Shown: positions 1 to 12,000 of the stretch, in pieces | Numbering within the stretch: position 1 is the first letter of the stretch | Layout of the letters: every line of letters starts with the position of its first letter | Origin: Lingula anatina | Lineage: Eukaryota; Animalia; Brachiopoda | NCBI GenBank assembly: GCA_051362555.1 | Contig: CM120644.1 | Span: 17,382,534 to 17,446,533, forward strand | Length of the DNA: 64,000 bases | Direction: 5' to 3' | Notes under the pieces: generated by a model | Told to the model about the DNA's origin: nothing | Seen by the model: only the letters and a program-made list of their open reading frames with translations | Database searches by the model: none | Made by a program: the position numbers and the translations under genes

Positions 1-1188
1 CACCTTCCGTAGATAGTGACTTCTCTTTGGGAAAGTCCATGTGCTCCATTTCAAATGTATGCTTAAATACTAGTATTGTTAACATCACTGTTAAGGCAAT
101 CATTACCCATCGAAGGCTTCGCTTAAACCAGCGCGAACGGTGCAAGTACCTCAGCTCGTTAGTCTAAGTGTGCGCCGGCCTGTAGATGAATAAATCTCCT
201 AATGAGTTTCACCTTATGAGGCTAATGTTTTCAGCTTGTTGTTTTACCCCATACCCTCACTTCAAAGTCTCAAGTTTGTTATTACGAAAATACTACGGCA
301 CAGTTCAAATAGCTTCAAGCCACGGATGCATTACAAATTGAATCCCTCGTACGATTCACACATATGACGTCGGGAAAATGTTTATATGCGTTTCGCGTTA
401 AAGATTAATATTTTCACTGCTGAATGGTTTAACCTTATGATATTGCCTACACCAACACCAACATATCAGAGCGCGGATATTTCCGGCACTTCAGCGAGTC
501 AGAGCATCTTGAAATAACGGGGCCACTCTGCCTATCCTTAGAACGCTCCAATGACTGTATCACATGAAAACATATCACAAATACGCAATTTCCACTTCTC
601 TGAACATTCCTAAATGTAGTTCTTCATGGTGAAGAAATATGAGCATTGCATTTGAGATATGATGGTATTCTCCTCATGACCTTAAGTGGGCTTGCTCATA
701 CTCATAATGGTAACAGCTTATATTCCTCCTCGTTTTGAAATCCTATACAGTAAAGTATATCTTGTTATACTCTCATTATAAGACAATATCAGTTTTTCGA
801 ATTTTGTGAATAAGATAAGTGCGATTCAAGATATACAGTTTATTTTTTTATCTAACATTCGTCAAAGTCGTCAGCTGTTTTTCTGGACTGACTTTCCTAT
901 CTGAAGTCAGCTGGTCAAGAGTGAATCTTCTTTTTCTTTATCTTGTAACATTTTGCAGACCGCTGCAGATTCCATTTGGACCGAACCTTTTTTTAATTCT
1001 CTGGTTTCATTGATATTGTTATGACACCCCCGCACAAAAGATAATGAATTATGCCTTAATAAACGAATGAAACAGTTGATTAATCGAATGCGTAAAATTC
1101 GCAGAGTACGCGTAAATGAGAGTTTATGGCCGCCTTGGATATTTGTTGGTGTAGCACCAACGAAATGGATATGTCATCACAGCACTTT

Positions 1189-1500
1189 CTATACATCTCC
1201 ACCAGATTCTTTCTCAGCTTCAATTGTCATAGAAAACATTTGTAACACAACCCTGGTCGTCACAATCAAGAGCACCGCCAGCACCACGATGAGTATAATC
1301 AGTCTGATTTGTTGAAATTCATCTAATTCCAGTCCATAATCCGCTACGTCCGTTGTGACGTCATCAGTGACGTTCAGTCCCTCACCGGATTTAGAATTTG
1401 TGACGTTTAATGTGGAGTTGACGTAGTCTGACCACCATGTGACGTCATCTGCGGAACCGTTTCCTTTAGTTACAGTCGCTGGTAGACTTAAAACTCCCAT
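1189..1500 (-). CDS. Uncharacterised 103-aa single-pass membrane protein (predicted type III, glycosylated N-terminus)
   Basis: Intact ORF with good start context (acaaaATGG). Ser/Thr/Asp-rich N-terminus with four N-x-S/T sequons (NGS, NST, NVT, NVT), one hydrophobic helix (IRLIILIVVLAVLLIVTT) and a short acidic tail. Plausible upstream non-coding exon (minus-strand donor gtaaga at ~2524, acceptor near 1640). No family recognised. Confidence 0.55.
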   Translation of the reverse strand: MGVLSLPATVTKGNGSADDVTWWSDYVNSTLNVTNSKSGEGLNVTDDVTTDVADYGLELDEFQQIRLIILIVVLAVLLIVTTRVVLQMFSMTIEAEKESGGDV

Positions 1501-3784
1501 TTTGTTAATATTTCTTCACCGATTTCGGCAGGATTATGGATAAAAGGTCAACAACACTTAAGTTGATTGCACTGTTTGTCCTCAGAACAGGGTAGACTGA
1601 AACTTGATATGATTCGATCTCCTTTTCATATACATATTATGTTTTAAAATAAGTTAATCTGTCTGTAATAAAATAATCCATGGATGAATTGGCATTTGGA
1701 CCAATTCCATAACATCACTTCCCGGAGCGTTGCTTAACAATGCTTTCACTGAAAGACGATGGGTTTTCCACGAATTGCCATTAACATAAAAGGCAGACTA
1801 GTCACGTTGCTTGGGATCCAGACTCTCAGACGTTCGATGAAGGACAAACAAGCAATTTGAAAAGCGTCTGTCCCCCACGAGGTGCAGCAGGCGCTTCCTC
1901 ATGTGGTGTAAAATACTCAGCTGCTATAAATATGCGGGGAAATAAGAAATATAAACCGTGTTCTTCAATTAAGAGTCTAACAGGTGTAGTATTCCTTTCC
2001 TCGTGAAGCTGAGCGTGGGTTTTACATGAATCAGATCTGAACGCTGTTGTCGTAGTTCAGAAAACTTGTCGAACTTGCGCAATGGTTCCGCATCCTTGGA
2101 AAGGAGTATCTTAGGCAATGTTTTGCAGTTTAAGTGCCACAGCGGAAATGTTGAAATAAATGATATATAAAGTACGTCACAGTATAGTGCATTTCACTTG
2201 GAATTTACGCTCTTTAAGATTAGAGCAGTCTTTCAAAGATGTCCGGAAATTGCTCACCGATTCCCGATTATTTTGCATGAGTACAAGTGTGAACCATCAC
2301 TATCATTTTTAAGTGTTCCACTTTCGTTCACTCTGCGTGGAAATCTATTTTTTTCGTATTCTTTCTGGTCTTCTCTGAAGTTTTCTGTCTGTGTTCTGAT
2401 ATGCCTACGCGTGTTTTGTGTTATTCATAAATGCCTCTTGTAGACCACAGGGGCGAATGTAGACGCGATAACAAACCCCACCACGTGCGTAATTCAATAA
2501 ACTGACGCACGTGGCTAATCTTACTTAACCGAAGTAAGACAGTGCCAACATTTCAAGAACCTGTTGATGGCTCTGATGCTTGGGATTGCTCTCCGCGCGA
2601 AAATTTCGTTTTGGTTGCCACTTTGAGCTAAACTCATAATGATAGCACGCGTGTAATTCCGAGAGTGAGGCTGCCAGAGGGAGAGTGAGCAGGTAGCTGT
2701 TTGCTTTCAATCAAGGTTTGCCCTTCCTTGACATTTTAAGAAATCTGAACCAACCTTCTCATATGAGATATAACAAGGTGTGTTGCACTTTCTGCACTTT
2801 CTTTTTTTTTTTTCTCAGTGAAAGATGTTGGGTAACCCAAGAGAAAAAATTGCCACTTTTCTTGCAGACGATGGGCTAGGCCTACGTACTATTTGTCCTA
2901 GTGACGAATTTTAGAGCAGTTATTTAATTTTGTCTCAACCTCTGATTAAGCTGATTTTCACGTTAAGAAACAAGGGTACATTTTCTACGCCCTCAGTATG
3001 ATCAAAAATGTATTACATGATTGATGACAGGTCTAAACAGCGGGGATGCATGGAAGAATAAAGAGTTTTGCACCAGACGGCGTCAATTTGAGAAGACGCG
3101 ACAATGCATGCTGGGAAGGGCGGACGCAGAAACTTTGGTGCTTAATGAACGCCTTTATAAATTTCTGACAGCGACTTTACACATCTTGAATTTGGACACA
3201 GTTGGAATCAAACCGCAAACGGGAACGCAGTAAACTTTACGTTTAAAACCGATGGTAATTACCATGCCAAACATTATGTCATACTCTTTGCCTCCTTCCT
3301 ACACACGTACAAGTAGCCTATATGTAGGCCTACCCTCCTAATGGCAGATGAAAAAAAAACTGGTACCATTACTGCCAAAACATGTCTTTTTTTAAACAAT
3401 TGGTAGAATAAACAAATACAAAACACAAAAAATTAACTTGAAAAATAAAAAACCTCTTGTGTGCGCCACCATTTGACGTCTTTTTGTGGAACATTCAGCA
3501 GAATTTCTTTTAATAGTACAGACTGTTAGGTGAAATTTGAAAAATTATATTTTGATAAATTTGATAAACAGTGTTGTATTTTGATCCACAGAGCGACCAC
3601 CTGTTTATTATTGTTCATGTTAATTTTCCTTTATTTTTTAGCAGGTGGCTTAAGGTTGAGTCTGTAACAGGTTTTATATCATGCTGTCAGTTCCAGGTCC
3701 GTGACTGTGTGCACACATCGAAATATATCGCAGCTCTAAATGATTTAACTTAATTTACGTCTGAAAAATTCTGAATATGCTTAA

Positions 3785-4120
3785 AGGGATAACACCTGTT
3801 CGTTTTGGCCAAAATATGAATTTTCCCGGAGTAAACAACAATTTTCCCATACTTACCAATGGTCAATGAATCAATTTCTTCATTCAAAGTTAGTCCCTGT
3901 TTTTTTCTAAAAAGTTTGTTCTTTTTTAATAATCTCTTAAGAGATTATAATAGAGTATAGCCATCTGTGGAGGTCACGTGGTCCGATGACAAACTCAGAT
4001 ATCAGAATAATAGCTATAACTGCCGTTTTTGAGGTAAAACAGAATATATTATATTTCTATGAGTTGCTTATAATGTTTTTATTGTGAAATATAGATCTCA
4101 TACGAAGAGTTATTATCCCT
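3785..4120. mobile_element. Non-autonomous DNA transposon with TTAA target site (Kolobok-like MITE)
   Basis: ttaa|AGGGATAA...TTATCCCT|ttaa: terminal inverted repeat flanked by TTAA on both sides. A second, highly similar copy lies at ~15331-15661. Confidence 0.7.
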
Positions 4121-4879
4121 TTAATTTATGGCATTTCACACGAAAACGGTAGCCAATAAAGCCAACTAATGTAAAGGCCAACCTTTATTGTATTTTCCTG
4201 TTGCAACCTGTGAAAGGGAAGCAGTCTATTTTGTTCCGTATTACATTGCCGTGTTAGACGTTATTTGTTGTGCAGTGGCGGAATGGTCCCCTCTTGAAAT
4301 TAGAATTTTGACTAGCTGAATTATAGTTCTAAACCGTACCAAATGGCACCGTTCGCCCTCTAAAATACCATTTTTGGGGGTGCCTGGGGGTGCGGGAGGG
4401 CGGCTTTGCATCCGCGGACCCCTTTTCAAATAATCCTGGATCCGCCCCTGAGATATATCTCTTATTTTTATTTGATCTTTTTAATCACAATCATCATGAT
4501 ACCCCACCTAATTACGCCACTGTTTATGATAAGTAAATAAAATAAAGTAGAATAAAATAAAATAAGGGAGCAAGAAAATATCTTATGCGGTAGCCTCCAG
4601 CTGCACATATGTGCACGTGTTTATTGTCATAATGGAGAGAGCACGCATACTGAAAGTAAAGTTCGTCAGTATTTAGTTGAAGGTTATGATATCATTCTCC
4701 CTAAAATGCTGAATTTCTCACTTTCTGATGAAATACTATTGAAAGGTAATATTAAATACACCAATATATGCAATTTTACCTCCTATTTTCCACTAAAAAA
4801 GGGTATCTTTACGTCTTATTCCTTTGTCCGTATATGACACCTGGTTACTGTCCTTTCCTGACCTGGTGGCCTGACATAG

Positions 4880-5014
4880 CACGTCCACATGCATGAGCCA
4901 GCGCTGTCTCACGAAAGGTGAATGTTGTGGCCTTTCGTGTCTGCACCTTGATCGACTGTTTACTACCGCTCATAATGCGGCTTTTCTAAAGTCTGTATTC
5001 ATGTTTGAACACCG
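4880..5014 (+). other. MIOS: Probable non-coding first exon / promoter region of MIOS
   Basis: Relatively GC/CpG-richer patch ending in a strong donor CCG|gtaagt (5014/5015). The next acceptor is ctttgcag| at 6033, 18 nt before the MIOS ATG. Start coordinate is approximate. Confidence 0.6.
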
Positions 5015-5817
5015 GTAAGTTCTCCATTAAGGCTAACGATTTTATTGTGTTTTGTACTTTCTGAAATGTAGGACTTCTCTTTCGAAAGTTGGACTTCAAT
5101 GAATGATGACAGTGCATCATGAGTTCATGCACATCTACTGTAGTTTAGTGCCAGGTATGCCCCCCTTTGTTCTTGGAATATAAACTGTTGTCTGTTAATG
5201 CATTATTGGACCAGAACATACGTTTATTATTATGGAATGCAGTTCTTTTTGTTTATTTGAAATTCTAAGTAGTGTAATCACAATCTCCAGTGTTGTTTTC
5301 ACGATTGCAATGATTTCCGCAATTTTAGTGCTTTTTCCTTTTATTAATAATAATAATAAGTTTATTGAGCACTAAATGATGTGAATACATTTGCAGGCTC
5401 TCTAGACTACAATATTTACACAATATATATGTATATACAATTATGTATGTTTACATATGTAGTATGTTAAATTATACATGTGATAATGCAAATTATGCTA
5501 TAATATTAATTAATTAATTAAGCTACTCACAGCATTATTGACAATAAGTGGCTGTGATATACTAGATTTCAGGTGAACTATGTATTTTAACAGCAGTCTT
5601 TACAAATTCTGCTATTACTTTGAGACTTTTATGAGAATATTGACAATATCTGATCACTGTCATCTAGACCCACTACACTGATTTTCAGTAGTTCATCATG
5701 CATTCGTTGCATTTATTGAAGGGGATGTATTTGGATAGTGCTTGAAATTCAGTTTATAAACTCATTAGGGATATGCAGACCGCTGCAATGTTTGGAGTTG
5801 CATGTTTGTGTGCAGGC

Positions 5818-5818
<1 letters not shown>

Positions 5819-5879
<61 letters not shown>

Positions 5880-5897
5880 GGTGTGTGTGTGTGTGTG
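5819..5897. repeat. (GT)n microsatellite
   Basis: Direct dinucleotide run in MIOS intron 1. Confidence 0.95.
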
Positions 5898-6051
5898 GGG
5901 GTAATTAGGGATTGCCTGATGGGCCTTTTGAAATTATACTACATCACATGTACAGATATTTCAACTTGTACACATCGATGTATACTGTATGGTGATTCAT
6001 GTTATTTAAATCCATGCTGGTACTTCTTTGCAGGTTCTAAAAAATAACACA

Positions 6052-9000
6052 ATGAGCCTGAAACTAGACCTTTTGTGGTCCCCAAACAGGGAGGAAGAGT
6101 TTGTAACATTTGGCCAGGAGCTGACTCTATTTCAAGTGGTCAAAACAGATAGCAGTCTTGGTTCTGCACAAGGTAAAGAAATAATAATATATCAGTCACA
6201 ACTAAAGCTTAGTCTGCTAAAAAATTAGCCTGTTGATTCTTTAAGAAACATGGCAAAAACATTCTGGCCCTCGCACTGACAAGTGAAGTGTAAATAAAAC
6301 CAAATATCTTGTAAATTATGATTATATTCACTTCATGAATTTGCAGATTTCAAAGGTTTGAAAATCCACTGATGGACAATTAATGAACAAATAAAATTTT
6401 ACTGGTCTGGTTTCACTTTTGCTGGCACTGCTTATCAACTGCTATATGACTTTTATTTTAATTATAAGACTTGGATTAAAATTTATTCTAAAGCAGAGAC
6501 ATTGTTATGAACAATGGAGTATAAGTTGTCTCGTTTGAAACGTTTGTTGTTATTGTTATTTAAATGTTACATGTAAATATAACCCAGTTTCAATAGATTT
6601 TCAATGAATGAAAAAAGAAAAAAAAGAAGATGGATGTCACATAACTTTTCTTATTTTGTGCATTCTTTTATAATGCTTGATATATTTCATAAATACAGTG
6701 TTTCTTTGCAGGAATGTCACACACAGTCAAATGTAACATGCAATTTAGCTGTAAAATTTGATGAAGCATATTAAAAATGGATTTGATATGTAGTCAACAT
6801 ACAATGAATTCACATGCTAGAACTAATTATTAAGTTTCAGGTGCTACTAGAATCTCTGACAGCACTCTTGCCATCCCACTGTCTGTGAACTCTGAAATAC
6901 AGTATGTAAAGGTGGGTAATCTGATTGCATTCAGCGAGAGTGCCCACGGGGATGGATCAATCTACGTAGAATGATAGTTTCCTTGGAAATGAGTTCTTTA
7001 GACTTATGATAAATGTGTTTTAATGGTACCCATATGTGGAATATGATTATGTTACAGTTGTTGTTACAGTTGTCAATGTCTACTTGTATTTGTTTTAATT
7101 TTGTGTCTTACTCTTTCATTATCACAAGGCTTAAATTCGTGAGTCCATGTTGTAGTAGTCATGCTAATGAAATTTGCAAAAAAAAAAAAAAAAAAAAAAA
7201 AAAAAGAAAAAAAACTTAAACCAAAAGGGAAAAAAGTAAGGCCTGTAATTTGGTGTCTGTGTTTCATGAAGAAGTTCAAATAATTAGTCTAAACAGACAA
7301 TAGGGAAAATCAATTTGCAAATGAATTTTAAAGAACAGCAACAACAGTAATGAAATCACAAATTGATAAATAAAAAAGTTGAGGATTTCTGACTTTTTTG
7401 ATGGTATTGATGCTTACAATAGTAATTAATTTTTTTTGACTATCAGCTGATTTCCCAATTTTTGGGAGTCAAAAAAGTCTCATCCCTGTAAAATGAAAGA
7501 ATAAAATAAACAGTAATAAATGAAGAAAGAAAACCCCTGTCATCCTCTGTCTGTGTTTCAGTGTGTGGCCTGGTACCCAGGACATGACCCTCACCAGCTG
7601 ATAGCCGTTGGTCAAGCTAATGGACGGATTATACTGGTCAGGTAGGTAATGGACACGTATATTATGGTTATGACTCAATCTCTTCAATGGGGAATAATTA
7701 TCTGTCTTTCACATACATGGTTTTGGAGTTATTTAAAATAATATTCTGTATAGCATTTTGATGCATTCACAGTACATTATTGAACCAAAGGGTAGCCAGC
7801 TTTTCAGTATTGTTGCTATCACTCAGTAGGAATGTTCTTATCACGAGGAATTATGGCTTAAAATTTTACAGTGTTTGTGAAATTCACAGTTTCCCCCATT
7901 AAACTGGAAAGATCGAGTCATTACCACATTCTAGTCAGGTATGTTCTTGGTAAAAAGTTTTTATTGTTTTTCTTAATATATCTAATTAGCTTGGGGTAAT
8001 GAATAAGTAGATTCACTCCTAGTACACCATTGTTTCATTAAAGGTTTATTATAACTTACTTAGTAATCCTGATGATGAAAGTATTAAGCCATCAGCAATC
8101 CTTTAATCTCCTTTTCAGTTTTGGTCAAGGAGGAAACAAGGATCCTAATGACTTAGTTGGCAAAGAATTTGGTAAGTATATAAAGATACATGCCACTGTG
8201 TAATATATATATCAAATTAAGTGTGACTAAAAGGTTTATAGGATCTTACTAATTGTTTTTGATAATCAATATAAGCAAAATTTCCCACTTAAGTCCTCAT
8301 CTTCCATTATTGTGGTATAAATCGGTAACACCAGGCAAATTAAATTTTTTTCAAAGGCCCAAGGCATGCACGGCAGTGTAATTCTCTGGTGTGGAATACC
8401 CATGATAACAATCTGGTAAGTCTTTGTGAGGCATGGCCATATTTAAAAATATCAAAATATGATAATTAATATATCAAAATATGATAATTAATGTGATTAC
8501 TTAAAAAAAACAATCCATTTTCCACTAAGAATTTTTCATATTTTTTCGGTGGACAAATGAATCAAATTTTGATAGACACAATTATCAGTTTGGTTTAAAT
8601 CTGTGAGCTGTTAAGCTTAGAAAGATGTGCAGAATATATATTGAGTATGAGGATGTATAAAACAACTTTGAGTTAGAAGTTGCAAAGAAATAGCGTTAAT
8701 TAGAGAAGGGTGATTATAAGGAAATAATTCCAAAATTGTATTGAGAGAATGATAATTTATTCATCATAACTATCCATTCTCCTCATTTTTTACCCCACAG
8801 CTGGCCCAAGGACTGGATAAATATCGTCAGGATGCTTCTCTGTTAGTGTGGGACGTGAATGCCAAGCCAGCATATGGTTCTTCCTATGACTCTACTGCCA
8901 CTCCAGATAGTAAGAGAGGGTCCACCTTTTATGTGGATACCACCCCATCTATAAGACCTGTGGCAGAAATAGGTATGTTGTACCAGTACTGCATTGGTTT

Positions 9001-12000
9001 ACTGTATTTCAAGTATGGGTCTATTTCATTCTTGGTATGGTACACTGTGAATATGAAAAATTTCATTAACATCTTTGAATTTTTGCAATTAACCAAACTT
9101 GATGTGAATGTGGAATCATAAAATTCTTTTATTTCTGTTTTAAATGTGAATGTAGATAAAAAAAAATCTTTAAATTTCTGTTACCAATGTCACTAAATGT
9201 AAATATAGAAAAATGAAAATTTTTTTAAAAGAAAATTAAAATTTCAGTAATTATCTTTACTAGATATAATTTGTAAAAATAATTTTTGATTTCAGGTGCT
9301 GCTGAGAGTGTATACTCTCTGTGTTGGTCAATAAATCAGCCCAAAATTCTGCTGACAGGGATGAACAAATACCTCAGAGTGTATGACATAAGGGGTGAGT
9401 GCTTATCTTCCAAATATTTTTTTTACAATAATAGCTTGTATTTAGTGGCTTGTTAATCTGTTAAACTCAATCCATTCAGGAGGAGTCCCCAGAGAGTTGG
9501 ATAAGTATCAGTATATGGAGACCGTACCTTTTAATGGTAATTAGCCTTAAGACTAAATTTAATATTGTGATTGATTTTTAAACCAGCAATTTTGAGATGA
9601 TTGGAAAACTCTTATTTTTTAATTTCTTCAGAGAGCACCCACCCACAGAATGCGGCTCTGACTAAGAATGTGTTTGGACTTTGTGTGGATCCGCACAGTG
9701 CTGACAGAGTGGCGTCTTTCTCAGAGGTATGGTACTCTGGATAAAAGTTTTTTAAGTAAATTTTTTGACAAAAGAGAGAGGCTAAAAATGGCAGTGAGGC
9801 ACATAATTTACAGGTTCATTTTTATTTTGGGGGAAAAAGATTTTAGAATATTTCAATGAGAAGAGATTTACCAGTTTGGTATGTGTATTAAACATGGGAA
9901 GTTTTACAAGCACAAGGACTTAAAAATTTATATTTCTTAAGATGGCTGCTATCAAGGGTAAGGGACAAGTTAAATTTCACTTTGACCTTCATTTTACATA
10001 TTATGTTGTGTGAAGTTCGATTAAACAAGTCTTTTATTGCCAGCTTTCAAAAAACAATGTACAGTTGGTGATTTAATTGATCGTTGATGAATTTTCACAT
10101 ATCATTTTAGGGTCAAATTTCTGTTTGGGATTTGAGAAACTTTGACAAACCAGTGTTGACGTTTACAGAGAATAGACAGATTATGAAGCTGTCTTGGTGC
10201 TCCACAAGGTGAGTAGTTCCCTATAGATATTGTAGTAGAAGTAATAGTAGAATTTTATTATTACCGTATGTGTATACATTTGATATTGCAAGGCAATGTA
10301 AGCAGAACATGCATACAGGAATTTATCATTTGAAATTGAAGCCAAACTTAATATAGAATAATTGCACTTATCTTCAAATCATTATGTATAGAAAAAAAAG
10401 TGATACTGTCAGTATTGTTCACAAAGTATGATCTTTCTCATTGGTATCTTTCTCATTGGTATGCTTCATTCGCTGTGATTAATTTGTCCATTTTCACAAT
10501 TTAAGGTCAGGCTTACTGACCAGTCTGATGCGTGATTGGCCAGTGGTCAAACTTTACGACATCCAGCACACGACAGGGGGCAGCGATGAGATGGAACCCG
10601 TGATCATTGAGAGGTTCATACAACGTGAGGCACAGTTCTAGTTCTAGTCAGGCGATTTAGTATGGGATTTTTATAAAATTAAGATTTTAATTTCTTTCTT
10701 TTTATTTCTGTTGTGAACCAAACTAGATGTGAACGTAGTGTAGTGTCTAGTGAAGCTGCCTTGTCATTTATTACATTCATTAAGTAAAAGGTGATGGTTT
10801 GGTTAAATTACAAAAAAAGAAAAGAACAAAATCTCACATTGTGTTGGAGTGATCCAGGAAATAAATTTCATAATTAAAATTTGTTTTATTTTCGTATCAC
10901 ATTCAGTATTTAATAGCAACATTTCAGTATTTTTCCTCGACATAAAGTTTCAGACTTCTTTTGTTTTTAAAAGTAACAGAAATTGGGTTTCATCTCGTTT
11001 ATACTTACAAGTATATTATATTATACTTATAATTTCAACAGCTGGTCAGCATGGGGTGGGGTCATTTACCTGGCACCCCACCCAGGAGAACAGAATGCTG
11101 ACCATCTCCTCAGATGGCCAGATCAGGGATGTGACAGTCTTTGAGAGGATTGCTTTGGTGAGTATGGGGTGCAGGTGCAAGCGAGCAGCAAGACGAGGAA
11201 ATTTGCAGTGTAACGAGATGGATTTTTGGGGGTGAAGGGTTAATCTTTAAGTTTGCTTTTATTATTAGAAATTCATGAGATCCACTACTTGACTTGTGGA
11301 GATTTTTGTACCTTGTTGGAAATCTGTATAATTACAGTAATATACACACACTGGACAAAAGAAGTGTCACCCCTACTGAGCCAATACTATGGGGGAGATA
11401 AATGACTGTGGAATGATATGCTCCTGGTATCATTTTATTAACATCAAATTTCACAAAAAATCACAAAATGAGAACAAAATATACATTATACCAAAATATG
11501 CAGTTTCAAGTCCAAAATTAGTACTTAGTGGCATAGCCACGTGACCTAATAATAGGTGCCAGTCTACGAAGCAAGGATTCATATAATTGTCTGTTGTGTT
11601 CAGGGCTTATGCTGGCCCAAGCATGAAACACTGAATATAACAGAGTTTCTCTGCTGGTTAGACGGGCATTTGTCCAAAGTTTTGACATATCATTCCACAC
11701 ATTTTCTATTATGTTTGCATCCGGAGTCTGGGCAGGCCACATCACCCTGCGAATGTCCTGTTGGTCAAACCAATCATCAACTTCTCTGGTCCTGTGACAA
11801 GGAACATTGTCATCCTGGTGAACAAATGGATAAATCCTGTCACCAAACATGTTAGTAATAGATGGTAGCAAGCCTGACTCCAAAACATCGATATATTTCT
11901 AGTGATTCATGTTTTCATCAACCACAATCAATTCGCCCACGCCATGGATGCTGATGCAGCCCCACACCATGATAAATATGCTGCTCCGGATTCGAAAATT

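Noticed and set aside
2443-2457. Second CTCF-like site (accacaggggcg)
   Set aside because: It is one base short of the core spacing.
5802-7279. ORFs with (CV)n or poly-K/F
   Set aside because: These are translations of a (GT)n microsatellite and a poly-A run inside MIOS introns.
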